Below, in pieces: positions 18,519-27,892 of a stretch of 64,000 nucleotides of DNA. The notes beneath the pieces were generated by a model. That model had not been told where the DNA came from. It ran no database searches and saw only the letters and a list, made by a program, of their open reading frames with translations. The translations under genes and the position numbers were made by a program. The stretch covers positions 11,345 through 75,344 of the forward strand of contig JAZNAL010000026.1 of the NCBI GenBank assembly GCA_045586505.1. Direction: 5' to 3'. The DNA comes from Candidatus Flemingiibacterium sp. (GTDB lineage: Bacteria > Bacillota > Clostridia > Oscillospirales > CAG-272). The stretch's first letter is position 1, and each line of letters opens with the position of its first letter.

Positions 18519-19660
18519 TGAAGGCACTTCGTAATTTCAAGTGGAACCACTACATAAACTATATCGTTATAGGTATACTGACCACAGTTCTCGGAGGAAT
18601 GGCTCTGGGCGGCTACAGATTTGACAGCTCCCTTCTGTTCCTTCTTGAAAAGATCGCTATAAGCATCATCCTTGCGGTATCGCTTTCACTTGTTGTAGGC
18701 TTCCTTGGCGAGCTATCTCTCGGACACGCCGGATTTATGTGCGTCGGTGCTTATCTCGGCGGTAAGATCGCGGCCGTTCTCGAGCCGACTCTCGGCAACG
18801 GACCTCTCGGATTTTTTATAGCTCTTGTGGTGGGCGGTGCAGCAGCGGCACTCTGCGGCGTTATCATCGGTATTCCCGCACTCCGACTTCGCGGAGACTA
18901 CCTTGCTATTGTGACCCTTGCGTTCGGCGAGATCGTAAAGTCCATTTTCCAGAACACCTCTACCGAATCCTTCGGCGGTGCTATCGGACTTCCCACTCCC
19001 CGTTACGATAAGAAATATCTTTTCATTTTTGCATTTATTCTCGTGCTTGTAACCCTTGCCGTGGTACAGAACTTTATCCGCTCAAAGCATGGCAGAGCCG
19101 TTACGGCGATCCGTGATAACGAGATCGCGGCACGTGCTACCGGTATAAACGTAACCAAGTACAAGCTGCTTGCCTTCACCCTGTCCGCAACATTTGCGGG
19201 CATTGCAGGCGTACTCTACAGCTTCAGCAATTACACCGTTCAAAGCGCGAAATTCGGGTACAACTATTCTATCGAGATCCTTGTAATGGTAGTTCTCGGC
19301 GGTATGGGAAGCGTTAACGGCTCCATTATCGCGGCGGCGCTCATAACTTTCCTTAACACCAAGCTGGCAACCGTGCTTACGGGTGATCTCGCCGTGCTTC
19401 AGAATCTTCTCTACGCGCTCATCCTTATCGTTATCGTTGTTTACAATAATGCTCCCGCATTAAAGAGCTTCCGCGACAGGTACAACTTTGGCGCACTTGC
19501 CAGAAAGCTTGCAAGACGCAAAAACGATCCCTCCCATATCAAGGATGACCAGGCGAAGTGGGACGTCGTTCCTACCAAGATAGAGATGAACGAGGTTCTC
19601 TCCATAGATCTGACACCCCAGGACAAGCAGGGATATGAGAAAAAAGGAGGAGATGAGTAA
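18515..19660 (+). CDS. livM: Branched-chain amino-acid ABC permease (LivM type)
   Basis: The start overlaps the livH stop in an ATGA. It is a polytopic permease with the LivM-type block GELSLGHAGFMCVGAY. Confidence 0.9.
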   Translation: MMKALRNFKWNHYINYIVIGILTTVLGGMALGGYRFDSSLLFLLEKIAISIILAVSLSLVVGFLGELSLGHAGFMCVGAYLGGKIAAVLEPTLGNGPLGFFIALVVGGAAAALCGVIIGIPALRLRGDYLAIVTLAFGEIVKSIFQNTSTESFGGAIGLPTPRYDKKYLFIFAFILVLVTLAVVQNFIRSKHGRAVTAIRDNEIAARATGINVTKYKLLAFTLSATFAGIAGVLYSFSNYTVQSAKFGYNYSIEILVMVVLGGMGSVNGSIIAAALITFLNTKLATVLTGDLAVLQNLLYALILIVIVVYNNAPALKSFRDRYNFGALARKLARRKNDPSHIKDDQAKWDVVPTKIEMNEVLSIDLTPQDKQGYEKKGGDE

Positions 19661-20430
19661 TGGCTGATTACATTCTTGAAACAAAGAATCTCGGTATCTC
19701 CTTCGGCGGTCTTAAAGCGGCACAGGATGTGAACATCCGCATAAAGAAGAATCAGATCTACGGTCTTATCGGTCCCAACGGTGCCGGAAAGACCACGATA
19801 TTCAATCTTCTCACAGGCGTTTACAAGCCCACAGCCGGTACATTCTACCTCGACGGCGAGGAGCTTAAGGGACTCGCTCAGGACAAGATAAACGGTAAGG
19901 GAATAGCACGCACGTTCCAGAACATCCGTCTTTTCAACAACATGACTGTAATCAGAAATGTTATGGTTGGTCTGCACAACCGCCCCGAATACAAGTGCAG
20001 TGTTGCAGAGACATTATTCCGTCTTCCCCGCCATTTCAAGGTTGAGAAGGCGATGCGTGAGAAGGCAAAGGAGCTGCTTCGCATCTTTGATCTTGAAGAG
20101 GAGCGCAACAATCTCGCCTGCAATCTGCCTTACGGTAAGCAGAGAAAATTGGAGATCGCACGAGCGCTTGCCACAAATCCGAAGCTGCTGCTCCTCGATG
20201 AGCCTGCAGCGGGCATGAATCCTCATGAAACCGAGGATCTTGTAAAGACCATACGCTTTATACGCGACAGCTTCAATATGACAATACTACTGATCGAGCA
20301 CGATATGAAGTTTGTGTCGGGACTCTGTGACGAGGTCACTGTGTTGAATTTCGGCACGGTGCTTGCGGAGGGCGACACCAAGACTGCCTTAAACGATCCC
20401 GAGGTCATTAAGGCATACATCGGAGGTTAA
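19660..20430 (+). CDS. livG: Branched-chain amino-acid ABC ATP-binding protein (LivG type)
   Basis: The start overlaps the livM stop in TAATG. Walker A is GPNGAGKTT, Walker B is LLLLDEPAAGM, and the protein carries a LivG-type C-terminal extension. Confidence 0.9.
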   Translation: MADYILETKNLGISFGGLKAAQDVNIRIKKNQIYGLIGPNGAGKTTIFNLLTGVYKPTAGTFYLDGEELKGLAQDKINGKGIARTFQNIRLFNNMTVIRNVMVGLHNRPEYKCSVAETLFRLPRHFKVEKAMREKAKELLRIFDLEEERNNLACNLPYGKQRKLEIARALATNPKLLLLDEPAAGMNPHETEDLVKTIRFIRDSFNMTILLIEHDMKFVSGLCDEVTVLNFGTVLAEGDTKTALNDPEVIKAYIGG

Positions 20431-20543
20431 AGTCTGAAAAACGGGGCGTTTTTCAGACAAGGAAGTCTTGTGCCTTTCGCATCTCTTATGCGATTTCCAT
20501 ATGGATACCGGCACAAAACCTCGCAATCGTTGGAAAGGAATGG
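20430..20543 (+). repeat. Intercistronic repeat element, copy A (between livG and livF)
   Basis: By eye it is about four-fifths identical, with one indel, to 39436-39550 in the same orientation. Both copies start aagYctgaaaaa and end gaaaggaatgg. Shared predicted hairpins are described in the findings. Confidence 0.8.
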
Positions 20544-20551
20544 CTATATCT

Positions 20552-21262
20552 ATGGCAATGCTTGAAGTAAAAGACCTTGAAGTCTACTACGGCGTGATCT
20601 GCGCGCTTAAGGGTATCAGCTTCGAGGTAAACGAGGGAGAGATCGTCACTCTCATCGGCGCAAACGGTGCGGGTAAAACCACCACCATGCAGAGTGTCGT
20701 CGGACTTATCCCCACAAGAGCGGGAAGCGTCACCTTTGACGGTCACGACATCACAAAGACTCCCTGCCACAAAATAGTGCATCTCGGTATGACACAGGTG
20801 CCCGAGGGAAGACGCATCTTCCAGGAGCTGACCGTTTACGAGAACCTCCTTATGGGTGCATACTCCATGAAGGATCAGTCGGGCTTTAAGGCGGACATCG
20901 ACGCGGTATATACCCGATTCCCACGCCTTGCGGAGAGACGCAACCAGATCGCGGGTACGCTTTCGGGCGGTGAGCAGCAGATGCTTGCTATGGGCAGAGC
21001 GATCATGAGTCATCCCAAGCTTTTAATGCTGGATGAGCCGTCAATGGGTCTGTCCCCTCTGCTTGTGGATCAGGTATTTGAGATCATCAAGGACATCAAC
21101 AAGGATGGCACCACCATTCTTCTGGTCGAGCAGAATGCGGGCAAGTCGCTTGCGATCTCCGACCGAGCATACGTGCTGGAAAACGGCAGGATCGTCCTCA
21201 CCGGTACAGGTACGGAGCTTGCCGCAAGCGAGATGGTCAAGAAGGCTTATCTCGGCGGCTGA
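20552..21262 (+). CDS. livF: Branched-chain amino-acid ABC ATP-binding protein (LivF type)
   Basis: MLEVKDLEVYYG... with Walker A GANGAGKTT and Walker B LLMLDEPSMGL. The start is ambiguous among ATG 20540, 20552 and 20558. The track start at 20468 reads through the non-coding repeat element. Confidence 0.85.
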   Translation: MAMLEVKDLEVYYGVICALKGISFEVNEGEIVTLIGANGAGKTTTMQSVVGLIPTRAGSVTFDGHDITKTPCHKIVHLGMTQVPEGRRIFQELTVYENLLMGAYSMKDQSGFKADIDAVYTRFPRLAERRNQIAGTLSGGEQQMLAMGRAIMSHPKLLMLDEPSMGLSPLLVDQVFEIIKDINKDGTTILLVEQNAGKSLAISDRAYVLENGRIVLTGTGTELAASEMVKKAYLGG

Positions 21263-21306
21263 GTTATAATGGAGCTTCGCACAAAACTTATCTGTAGTGA
21301 AAAATG

Positions 21307-21345
21307 GGGCTGATGCAGCTTGTAACTGCATCAGCCCTCTGTTTT
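21307..21345. terminator. Bidirectional intrinsic terminator (liv operon + / membrane protein gene -)
   Basis: A 12-bp perfect stem, GGGCTGATGCAG-cttgtaa-CTGCATCAGCCC, is flanked by GAAAAAT on the 5' side and TCTGTTTT on the 3' side. Confidence 0.85.
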
Positions 21346-21351
21346 ACAAAC

Positions 21352-22290
21352 TCAAAACAAATTCGGAATTATGTCTGCAATTAAATATCCCGACACAAAT
21401 GAAACTGCATTTGCAACAAACGCATACACCACACACATCGCTCTACTGGGCGGATCACTGCTGACGCGCTTTAAGCATACAGCATAGATCACAGCCTCCA
21501 AAATAAATACGATAAGTTCAAAAAAAATGTAAGCAGCAACATAAGCAAGGAATCCGGATCTGTAGCTAATAATATTAAGCGCCGTATTCAGTATCACCTG
21601 CGTCACCGTATTGACACCTATGATCAGCCGAAGCTCTTTTTTCTCTCTGAAACCAAATGCTAAAGCGATGCCTGATTCAATAAGTATGGTGATAATGATA
21701 CGTGCTGCCAACGTAATCAGCTCTACTTTATAATTATATGAGCGCTGCGCACAAAGCAGTGTGCTTGCAGTCACAGGCTCACTGTATGCCACACCGTGCT
21801 CCGTAAAAGACCCGTCGGGGATATCTACCGAAAAATAACTGTCAAAGGCATAGCGTTCATATATTCCGCTTGTCATGAACATATTATACTCGGGAAAATA
21901 CAGGAGGATCTTGAACGAATCCGGCGGATAATATGTCCATGCAAGCTCATTGTCCTCGCCGATCTCCCATGCCATCTGCAAGAAGTAGTAGCCGTCAGGA
22001 TCCTTGTAGTTCGCGAAAAGCTGCCATGTGTCGGGATCAAGCTCTGCGCCCTGATAATTCCCGGTGTGATACGCATATTTCTCATTGCCGTCCCAAACCG
22101 AATGCGGGCCGGTGGAATGGTCTTGACTCAAAAGTGTACCGTAGCACGCTGTATCCCCAAGTCCCGTGAATGTGATGCGTACAGATGGCTTTGGACCCAT
22201 GTCAGCGCTGACACTAAGAGAGAAAAACGCTGATAATATGATAATGCAAATAAAAATGCTTAGTATTCGGCGGTATTCTATTCCCTTCAT
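21352..22290 (-). CDS. Membrane protein of unknown function (secreted N-terminal domain plus a C-terminal multi-TM domain)
   Basis: AAGGAG lies 6 nt upstream of ATG 22290. The signal/anchor is ILSIFICIIILSAFFSLSVSA. A roughly 170-aa Tyr/Asp/Trp-rich extracytoplasmic domain is followed by about 4 TM helices. I recognised no motif. Confidence 0.55.
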   Translation of the reverse strand: MKGIEYRRILSIFICIIILSAFFSLSVSADMGPKPSVRITFTGLGDTACYGTLLSQDHSTGPHSVWDGNEKYAYHTGNYQGAELDPDTWQLFANYKDPDGYYFLQMAWEIGEDNELAWTYYPPDSFKILLYFPEYNMFMTSGIYERYAFDSYFSVDIPDGSFTEHGVAYSEPVTASTLLCAQRSYNYKVELITLAARIIITILIESGIALAFGFREKKELRLIIGVNTVTQVILNTALNIISYRSGFLAYVAAYIFFELIVFILEAVIYAVCLKRVSSDPPSRAMCVVYAFVANAVSFVSGYLIADIIPNLF

Positions 22291-22432
22291 GGCTTTCTCC
22301 TTATTAAAAATGATATGATAATAATCCATTTCCCATCCTGCTGATTTAGACGGCGATTATTCGTAAAAGTTCCGCTGAACACATTGTACAGATAAAAATG
22401 CCGTTTTGCGGCATCGTGCCGCTTCTAAAGCA

Positions 22433-22461
22433 TTGACAATTATAATCTTTTGTGATAAAAT
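22433..22461 (+). promoter_or_regulatory. Sigma-A promoter of the histidine phosphatase gene
   Basis: TTGACA (22433-22438), a 17-nt spacer, then TAAAAT (22456-22461) with an extended TG. Confidence 0.65.
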
Positions 22462-22491
22462 AATACCATCAAAGAATAAAAGAGGGATAGC

Positions 22492-23136
22492 ATGACACGC
22501 ATGATATTTGTTCGCCACGGCGAGAGTCTTGGCAATTTGACTCGCCGTTTCTACGGGCAGACCGATGGCGCACTTACCGATAAAGGCAGAGCGCAGGCAA
22601 AGCTGACCGCAGAGTATCTGAAAGGCACCCACATTGATGCAGCATACGCAAGCGATCTTATAAGAGCCTATGAAACCGGCAGTATTGTCGCCGCGCCCCA
22701 CGGACTTGTGCCGATTCCTGATAAAAATCTGCGTGAGATAAACGCCGGCAAGTGGGAGGATCTGCCATTTAGCGAGATCATCGAAAACTACCCCGACACC
22801 TTCGGTGTGTGGATGAATGATGTCGGCGCCTCACGCCCCGACGACGGCGAAAGCGTTGCCGAGCTGTATGAGCGTGTCACACGCGAAGTCTGGCGGATCG
22901 CCGAGGAAAACCCGGGCAAAACTCTTCTCATTGCCACCCATGCGACCCCAATCCGCGTGCTCACCTGCTACTGGAGCGGTAAGGGTGTCGCTGCGACAAA
23001 GGATTTCGGCTGGGTACCCAATGCCTCCGTATCTATAGTCGATTATGATACCGACACCCACACAGTCAAGGTTAACGTAATCGGTGACGTCTCTTTCATG
23101 GGCGACATAGTAACCGAGCTTCCCAAAAATGTTTAA
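22492..23136 (+). CDS. Histidine phosphatase family protein (phosphoglycerate-mutase-like, GpmB/CobC type)
   Basis: The RHG catalytic motif sits at the N-terminus (MIFVRHGESLGN). A second His lies in LLIATHATPIR. Confidence 0.8.
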   Translation: MTRMIFVRHGESLGNLTRRFYGQTDGALTDKGRAQAKLTAEYLKGTHIDAAYASDLIRAYETGSIVAAPHGLVPIPDKNLREINAGKWEDLPFSEIIENYPDTFGVWMNDVGASRPDDGESVAELYERVTREVWRIAEENPGKTLLIATHATPIRVLTCYWSGKGVAATKDFGWVPNASVSIVDYDTDTHTVKVNVIGDVSFMGDIVTELPKNV

Positions 23137-23168
23137 AAAAGGTTCACGCCGCGGCGTGAACCTTTTTT
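23136..23168. terminator. Bidirectional intrinsic terminator (phosphatase + / gdhA -)
   Basis: AAAAAA-GGTTCACGCC-GC-GGCGTGAACC-TTTTTT, a perfect GC-rich stem with an A-run and a T-run. Confidence 0.9.
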
Positions 23169-23180
23169 GTGTAAGCAATA

Positions 23181-24536
23181 TTAGTATGCAATACCCTGAG
23201 CCTTCATTGCATCTGCAACCTTAAGGAAGCCTGCGATGTTGGCACCTGCAACCAGGTCGCCTTCCATGCCATATTCCTTAGCCGCCTTAACGGAGCTGTC
23301 GTAGATGTTCTTCATGATCTGCTTCAGCTTAGCGTCAACCTCTTCAGCGGTCCAGCTGTAGCGCATGGAGTTCTGGCTCATTTCGAGACCGGAAACTGCA
23401 ACGCCGCCGGCGTTAACTGCCTTGGAAGGAGCAACGATCACGCCGTTTGCCTTGAGATATGCTACAGCCTCATTGGTGGTAGGCATATTTGCAACTTCAA
23501 CATAGTACTTAAGGCCGTTTGCAACCATAGCCTTTGCATCGTCGAGCTGAACCTCGTTCTGAGTTGCGCAAGGCATGATAACATCAACCTTCTCGCCCCA
23601 AGGCTTCTTGCCTGCGAAGAAGGGAACGCCGAACTTGTCTGCGTAGTCCTGAACCTTGTTGCGGCAGGATGCACGCATTTCAAGCATATATGCGATCTTT
23701 TCGGGGGTGTTTACGCCGTCCTTGTCGTAGATGTAGCCGTCAGGACCGGAGATGGTAACTACCTTACCGCCGAGCTCGGTGATCTTCTGAACGGTACCCC
23801 AAGCAACGTTACCGAAGCCGGATACTGCGAAGGTCTTGCCCTTAACCTCCTCGCCGTAGGTAGCGAGCATATTCTCAACATAGTAAACCGCGCCGAAACC
23901 GGTAGCCTCGGGACGGATGAGAGAGCCGCCGTAGGAGAAGCCCTTACCGGTGAGAACGCCGGTGAACTCGTTGCGAAGTCTCTTGTACTGACCGAAGAGG
24001 TAACCAACCTCACGTGCGCCAACGCCGATGTCACCTGCGGGAACGTCGGTATCTGCGCCGATGTGCTTAGCGAGCTCGGTCATGAAGCTCTGGCAGAAAC
24101 GCATAACCTCGCCGTCGGACTTGCCTGTGGGATCGAAGTCAGCACCGCCCTTACCGCCGCCCATAGGAAGACCGGGGAGGGAGTTCTTGAAGGTCTGCTC
24201 AAAACCGAGGAACTTCATGATGGAAGCGTTAACGGTGGGATGGAAACGAAGACCGCCCTTGTAAGGACCGATTGCGGAGTTGAACTGTACGCGGTAGCCG
24301 CGGTTAACCTGAACCTTACCGTTGTCATCAACCCAGCTTACTCTGAACTGGATCTGACGCTCGGGCTCTACCATACGCTCGAATACGCCTGCCTCGATAA
24401 GGTCGGGGCGCTTTTCGGCAACGGGCTCAAGGGATTCGAGAACCTCTTCTACAGTCTGGTGAAATTCTGTTTCACCGGGATTTCTCTTGCAAACTTTCTC
24501 ATATACGCTTGCAAGGTAAGCATTCTTCAGTGCCAT
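23181..24536 (-). CDS. gdhA: Glutamate dehydrogenase (GdhA type, probably NADP-specific)
   Basis: GAGGT lies 8 nt upstream of ATG 24536. The Glu/Leu/Phe/Val dehydrogenase signature region is LPMGGGKGGADFDP. The Rossmann motif is FAVSGFGNVAW. Confidence 0.92.
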   Translation of the reverse strand: MALKNAYLASVYEKVCKRNPGETEFHQTVEEVLESLEPVAEKRPDLIEAGVFERMVEPERQIQFRVSWVDDNGKVQVNRGYRVQFNSAIGPYKGGLRFHPTVNASIMKFLGFEQTFKNSLPGLPMGGGKGGADFDPTGKSDGEVMRFCQSFMTELAKHIGADTDVPAGDIGVGAREVGYLFGQYKRLRNEFTGVLTGKGFSYGGSLIRPEATGFGAVYYVENMLATYGEEVKGKTFAVSGFGNVAWGTVQKITELGGKVVTISGPDGYIYDKDGVNTPEKIAYMLEMRASCRNKVQDYADKFGVPFFAGKKPWGEKVDVIMPCATQNEVQLDDAKAMVANGLKYYVEVANMPTTNEAVAYLKANGVIVAPSKAVNAGGVAVSGLEMSQNSMRYSWTAEEVDAKLKQIMKNIYDSSVKAAKEYGMEGDLVAGANIAGFLKVADAMKAQGIAY

Positions 24537-24596
24537 GATACATACCTCATTTGTTATTAATTTCACGCATATTAACGTGTTAAATTATACCTTACC

Positions 24597-24625
24597 ATTA
24601 TACTACATTTTTCGGGCTTTTGCAA
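24597..24625 (-). promoter_or_regulatory. Sigma-A promoter of gdhA
   Basis: On the minus strand: TTGCAA (24625-24620), a 17-nt spacer, then TATAAT (24602-24597). Confidence 0.65.
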
Positions 24626-24769
24626 TATCTTTCTACAAATATTTGATAAAAAATATTGTTAATTTTTTGAAAATATAATATTTTATAGCATATGCACAAT
24701 CCACGGTTATGATTACGCCGCAAAATAAATATATATTACTAAAAAGCGTAATTTCACGGAGGATATAAA

Positions 24770-26314
24770 GTGCAAAAACTGCGGCGTTTTTTATTAAACG
24801 GGCTCATAATGAGTGCCACATCCCTGTTCCTGCGGGCGCTTGGAGTGGGCTTCAACGCCTTTGTTTCACGAAAACTCGGCGCCGACGGCATGGGCCTGTT
24901 TACTCTCATTATGAGTGTATATGGTCTGTCGGTCACCGCGGCGGCGGCAGGTGTTAATCTCGCCTCCACCCGTATGTGCGCCGAGGCGCTCGGTCGATGT
25001 GATAAGCGCGCACTTCGGGCATCCTTGAAAAAATGCTTCATATACGCCGTCGGATGCGGACTTGCGGCTTGTACGCTGCTATTATTCGGTGCTGAGTATG
25101 TCGCCGCCCAATGGCTGGGGGATGAGCGCTGTACGCAATCGCTTAAGTTGCTTGCACTCAGCCTACCGTTTATCTCCGCCTCCAACGTACTCCACGGATA
25201 TTTCACCGCGGTGAGAAAGGTTTCAAAAAGTGCCGCAACACAAATTTTCGAGCAAATTTTCAAGACATTTGTCACCGTGATCGCCCTTCTTTACATAGTC
25301 CCCGATGGGATCGAATACGCCTGCATGGCACTGGTGGGCGGCGGAGCACTTGCCGAGACCGCATCCTTTACAATGGCACTGGTGCTGTATCTTACCGATT
25401 GCCGCAATGTCAAAAATACAGGCCTTCCGCGTGAAAAAAGCAGGAAGCTGACCCGCGAATTACTTGGCATTACTCTTCCCGTTGCCGCGGCGGCATGTCT
25501 GCGCTCGGGACTTACCACGATCGAGCATATTCTTATACCGCGCGGACTGCAAAAGAATCCCCTCACCGCCAAAACCGCTCTCGCCGCGTACGGCGTGCTC
25601 TGCGGCATGGTGATGCCCGTGATAATGTTCCCCACCGCCCTGCTTTACTCCTTCACCGCCTTGCTTGTTCCCGAATTTGCCGAATCAGACGCCGCACGCG
25701 ACACCTCCCGCCTTAAGAGGATGGTCGCGCGCTCGCTTTCACTGACGCTGATATTTTCACAGGGATGTGCGGCGCTTATGTCAGTTTTTTCGGGTGAGCT
25801 TGGTATGCTGATCTATCAAAACTCCGATGCAGGCGAATTTATCCGCATAATGGCACCGCTTATCCCCATAATGTACCTTGACCACGCGGTGGATTCCATG
25901 CTGAAGGGGCTGGGTGAGCAGCTGTACTGCATGAAGATCAACATTCTCGACGCGGCGCTCTGTACTTTTCTCGTTTGGTTTCTCTGTCCGCGAATCGGCA
26001 TCTATGGCTATATTGTGACCTTGTATGCCGCCGAGGTGATGAACGCATCCCTCAGTCTTTATCGGCTGTATAAGGTCTGCCGATTCAAAGTAAGCGTGCT
26101 TGATTTATTTATTAAGCCCGCGCTCTGCGCTGTAGGCACATCGGCAATACTGCGTCTGTTATGCAGTGCCCTAAATGTGTGTGGATGGGCGGGACTTATC
26201 ATCGGCGGCGTTTTTGCGTCGGCGGTATATATACTCCTGCTGATGGGCATCGGCGTGGTATCTCCCGGCGATATCGGACTCGACAGGGCACATCGAATCA
26301 AGCAAAAGGCATAG
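24770..26314 (+). CDS. spoVB: MOP-superfamily polysaccharide/lipid-II flippase, SpoVB-like
   Basis: GTG start with GGAGG 7 nt upstream. The N-terminus LLNGLIMSATSLFLRALGVGFNAFVSRKLGADGMGLFTLIMSVYG is characteristic of stage V sporulation protein B. The protein has about 14 TM helices. Confidence 0.7.
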   Translation: MQKLRRFLLNGLIMSATSLFLRALGVGFNAFVSRKLGADGMGLFTLIMSVYGLSVTAAAAGVNLASTRMCAEALGRCDKRALRASLKKCFIYAVGCGLAACTLLLFGAEYVAAQWLGDERCTQSLKLLALSLPFISASNVLHGYFTAVRKVSKSAATQIFEQIFKTFVTVIALLYIVPDGIEYACMALVGGGALAETASFTMALVLYLTDCRNVKNTGLPREKSRKLTRELLGITLPVAAAACLRSGLTTIEHILIPRGLQKNPLTAKTALAAYGVLCGMVMPVIMFPTALLYSFTALLVPEFAESDAARDTSRLKRMVARSLSLTLIFSQGCAALMSVFSGELGMLIYQNSDAGEFIRIMAPLIPIMYLDHAVDSMLKGLGEQLYCMKINILDAALCTFLVWFLCPRIGIYGYIVTLYAAEVMNASLSLYRLYKVCRFKVSVLDLFIKPALCAVGTSAILRLLCSALNVCGWAGLIIGGVFASAVYILLLMGIGVVSPGDIGLDRAHRIKQKA

Positions 26315-26345
26315 AAAAGCGGATGCGCACGCGCATCCGCTTTTC
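26315..26345. terminator. Bidirectional intrinsic terminator (spoVB-like + / PPIase -)
   Basis: AAAA-GCGGATGCG-cacg-CGCATCCGC-TTTT. Confidence 0.85.
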
Positions 26346-26347
26346 TA

Positions 26348-27709
26348 TTATTCCGGGATGGAATTTATAATCTCATCATTAAAGGTAACGGGATACTTTG
26401 CGGAGATCTCACCGAAATAAGCAGCGAACGCTTCAGAGGATACAGAATCCGCCACACTTGTCTGCCACGCGGAAAGTCCCTCGCCCATGTAAAGCATCAG
26501 ATGCCAGCCGTAATCGGTCTCGATCACCTGGGCATCTCCCGCCTTCCGTGCAGGATCAAAGCACCAGTCATTAAACTCCGCAACAGTTCTTCCCTCGGCG
26601 AGATTTTCGTAGAGTCCGCCGTTATAGTAGGTGCTCTCATCGTCGGAGTATTCAAGCGCCATAAGCGCAAAATTTTCCGCAGTAGGATCGCCCTCGTACG
26701 CTTTTTGCAGCTCCTCCGCCTTGGATTTTGCCGCCTCGGAGCTTCCCCATACCTCCTCGGAAAGGAGTACATGGCGCACATTTACGGAAGCGGTCTCATC
26801 ATGATACGGCTCGGATGTGAGCATATACACGGTGTACATGGTCTCTGCAGGATTTGCCAGAATGAGCGTCTTCTTGGAATCATCTCCAAACGCCCACTCA
26901 GACACTTTGTCACCCTCGGTGTAAGATGCACCCACCGTTTCAAGCTTGTCGAGCCTAGATTTAATATCTTTATCGCTCATATCGGTGTCTTCGGTGACCA
27001 GTATCTTTTCGACGATCTTCTTGAATTCATCCTCACTTGCAGATCTGGCTAGCTCATCCGCATATTTGATCACCTGCGCCTCGGTGAAGGTCCCCTTGCT
27101 GTTTGAGCCTTCTGCGGCATAATAAATCGGGAAGGAGTAAAAATCCACATAGCTGTGGGCTTTTTCATCGGACTTCAGTACAGCATACATTTCGGACTCG
27201 GAGGGGACAAACTCCGCTTCCTTCATAAACTGATACTTATACGCCAGCGCTTCAAGCAGCTTTGCCTCGTAAATATCGTCGCGGTTGACACCGTCACCGT
27301 AAAGTCCCGTGTCGATCTTGTCAACTCGATTTGCCAGCGCTTTCTTCTCCCCATCGGACAGAGCAACACCGTTTTCGGTGGCGGCTTCGCAGAGCACCAA
27401 TATGTCCTCCGTCACAAGACGCGCGCCGCCCATGAAATAATCGTACCAGCTCTGACCGTCCTCCGCCTCCTGCTCACGCAGGGATTTTTCGGTATCGAGC
27501 CCGAAATATTTCACGTAGCTTCCGTAGTAGTTCACAAATGTATTGTATACGTCATGATAATAGTAGCTCATCATCGTTCCGGTGACTGTATAATTCTCCG
27601 TAGATGCCGCCGTACCCGCACGAAGTGCGGCACCGCCGTCAGAACAACCGCAGGCTGTACCAAGCACTACCGAACCAAGCAGAATGAGCGAAGCAATTCT
27701 TTTTTTCAT
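26348..27709 (-). CDS. Parvulin/PpiC-type peptidyl-prolyl isomerase lipoprotein (second PrsA/SurA-like foldase)
   Basis: AAGGA lies 9 nt upstream. The signal peptide has a Cys-containing lipobox region, VVLGTACGC. The parvulin domain reads VNVRHVLLS...GDAQVIETDYGWHLMLY. It is colinear with 6079-7527. Confidence 0.75.
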   Translation of the reverse strand: MKKRIASLILLGSVVLGTACGCSDGGAALRAGTAASTENYTVTGTMMSYYYHDVYNTFVNYYGSYVKYFGLDTEKSLREQEAEDGQSWYDYFMGGARLVTEDILVLCEAATENGVALSDGEKKALANRVDKIDTGLYGDGVNRDDIYEAKLLEALAYKYQFMKEAEFVPSESEMYAVLKSDEKAHSYVDFYSFPIYYAAEGSNSKGTFTEAQVIKYADELARSASEDEFKKIVEKILVTEDTDMSDKDIKSRLDKLETVGASYTEGDKVSEWAFGDDSKKTLILANPAETMYTVYMLTSEPYHDETASVNVRHVLLSEEVWGSSEAAKSKAEELQKAYEGDPTAENFALMALEYSDDESTYYNGGLYENLAEGRTVAEFNDWCFDPARKAGDAQVIETDYGWHLMLYMGEGLSAWQTSVADSVSSEAFAAYFGEISAKYPVTFNDEIINSIPE

Positions 27710-27744
27710 CGTATTTGTCCTTTCGGTTAAACAATAATATAGTA

Positions 27745-27773
27745 ATTATATCACGTTTACGGTGTTTTTGCAA
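27745..27773 (-). promoter_or_regulatory. Sigma-A promoter of the PPIase lipoprotein gene
   Basis: On the minus strand: TTGCAA (27773-27768), a 17-nt spacer, then TATAAT (27750-27745) with an extended TG. Confidence 0.65.
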
Positions 27774-27892
27774 GGCTTTGCCGAAACTTTTACAATTAGG
27801 CGACAAATCATGCACGTCTTCGGAGTGTGCCGCCACGATGTCGGATTCCGCATCATAGTACGAATATTTCCAAAAAAATTGTTTCATAAATA

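Noticed and set aside
20468-20551. A 5' extension of livF (MCLSHLLCDFHMDTGTKPRNRWKG...) suggested by the ORF track. The parallel case is ORF 39286-39540.
   Set aside because: The extension reads through the non-coding repeat element. The peptide is not conserved between the two copies, even though the DNA is. LivF proteins normally begin at MLEV.
24660-24769. A sigma-E-type sporulation promoter for the SpoVB-like gene (CATATGCA near 24700).
   Set aside because: The match to the remembered -35/-10 consensus and spacing is poor. I cannot support it from sequence alone.
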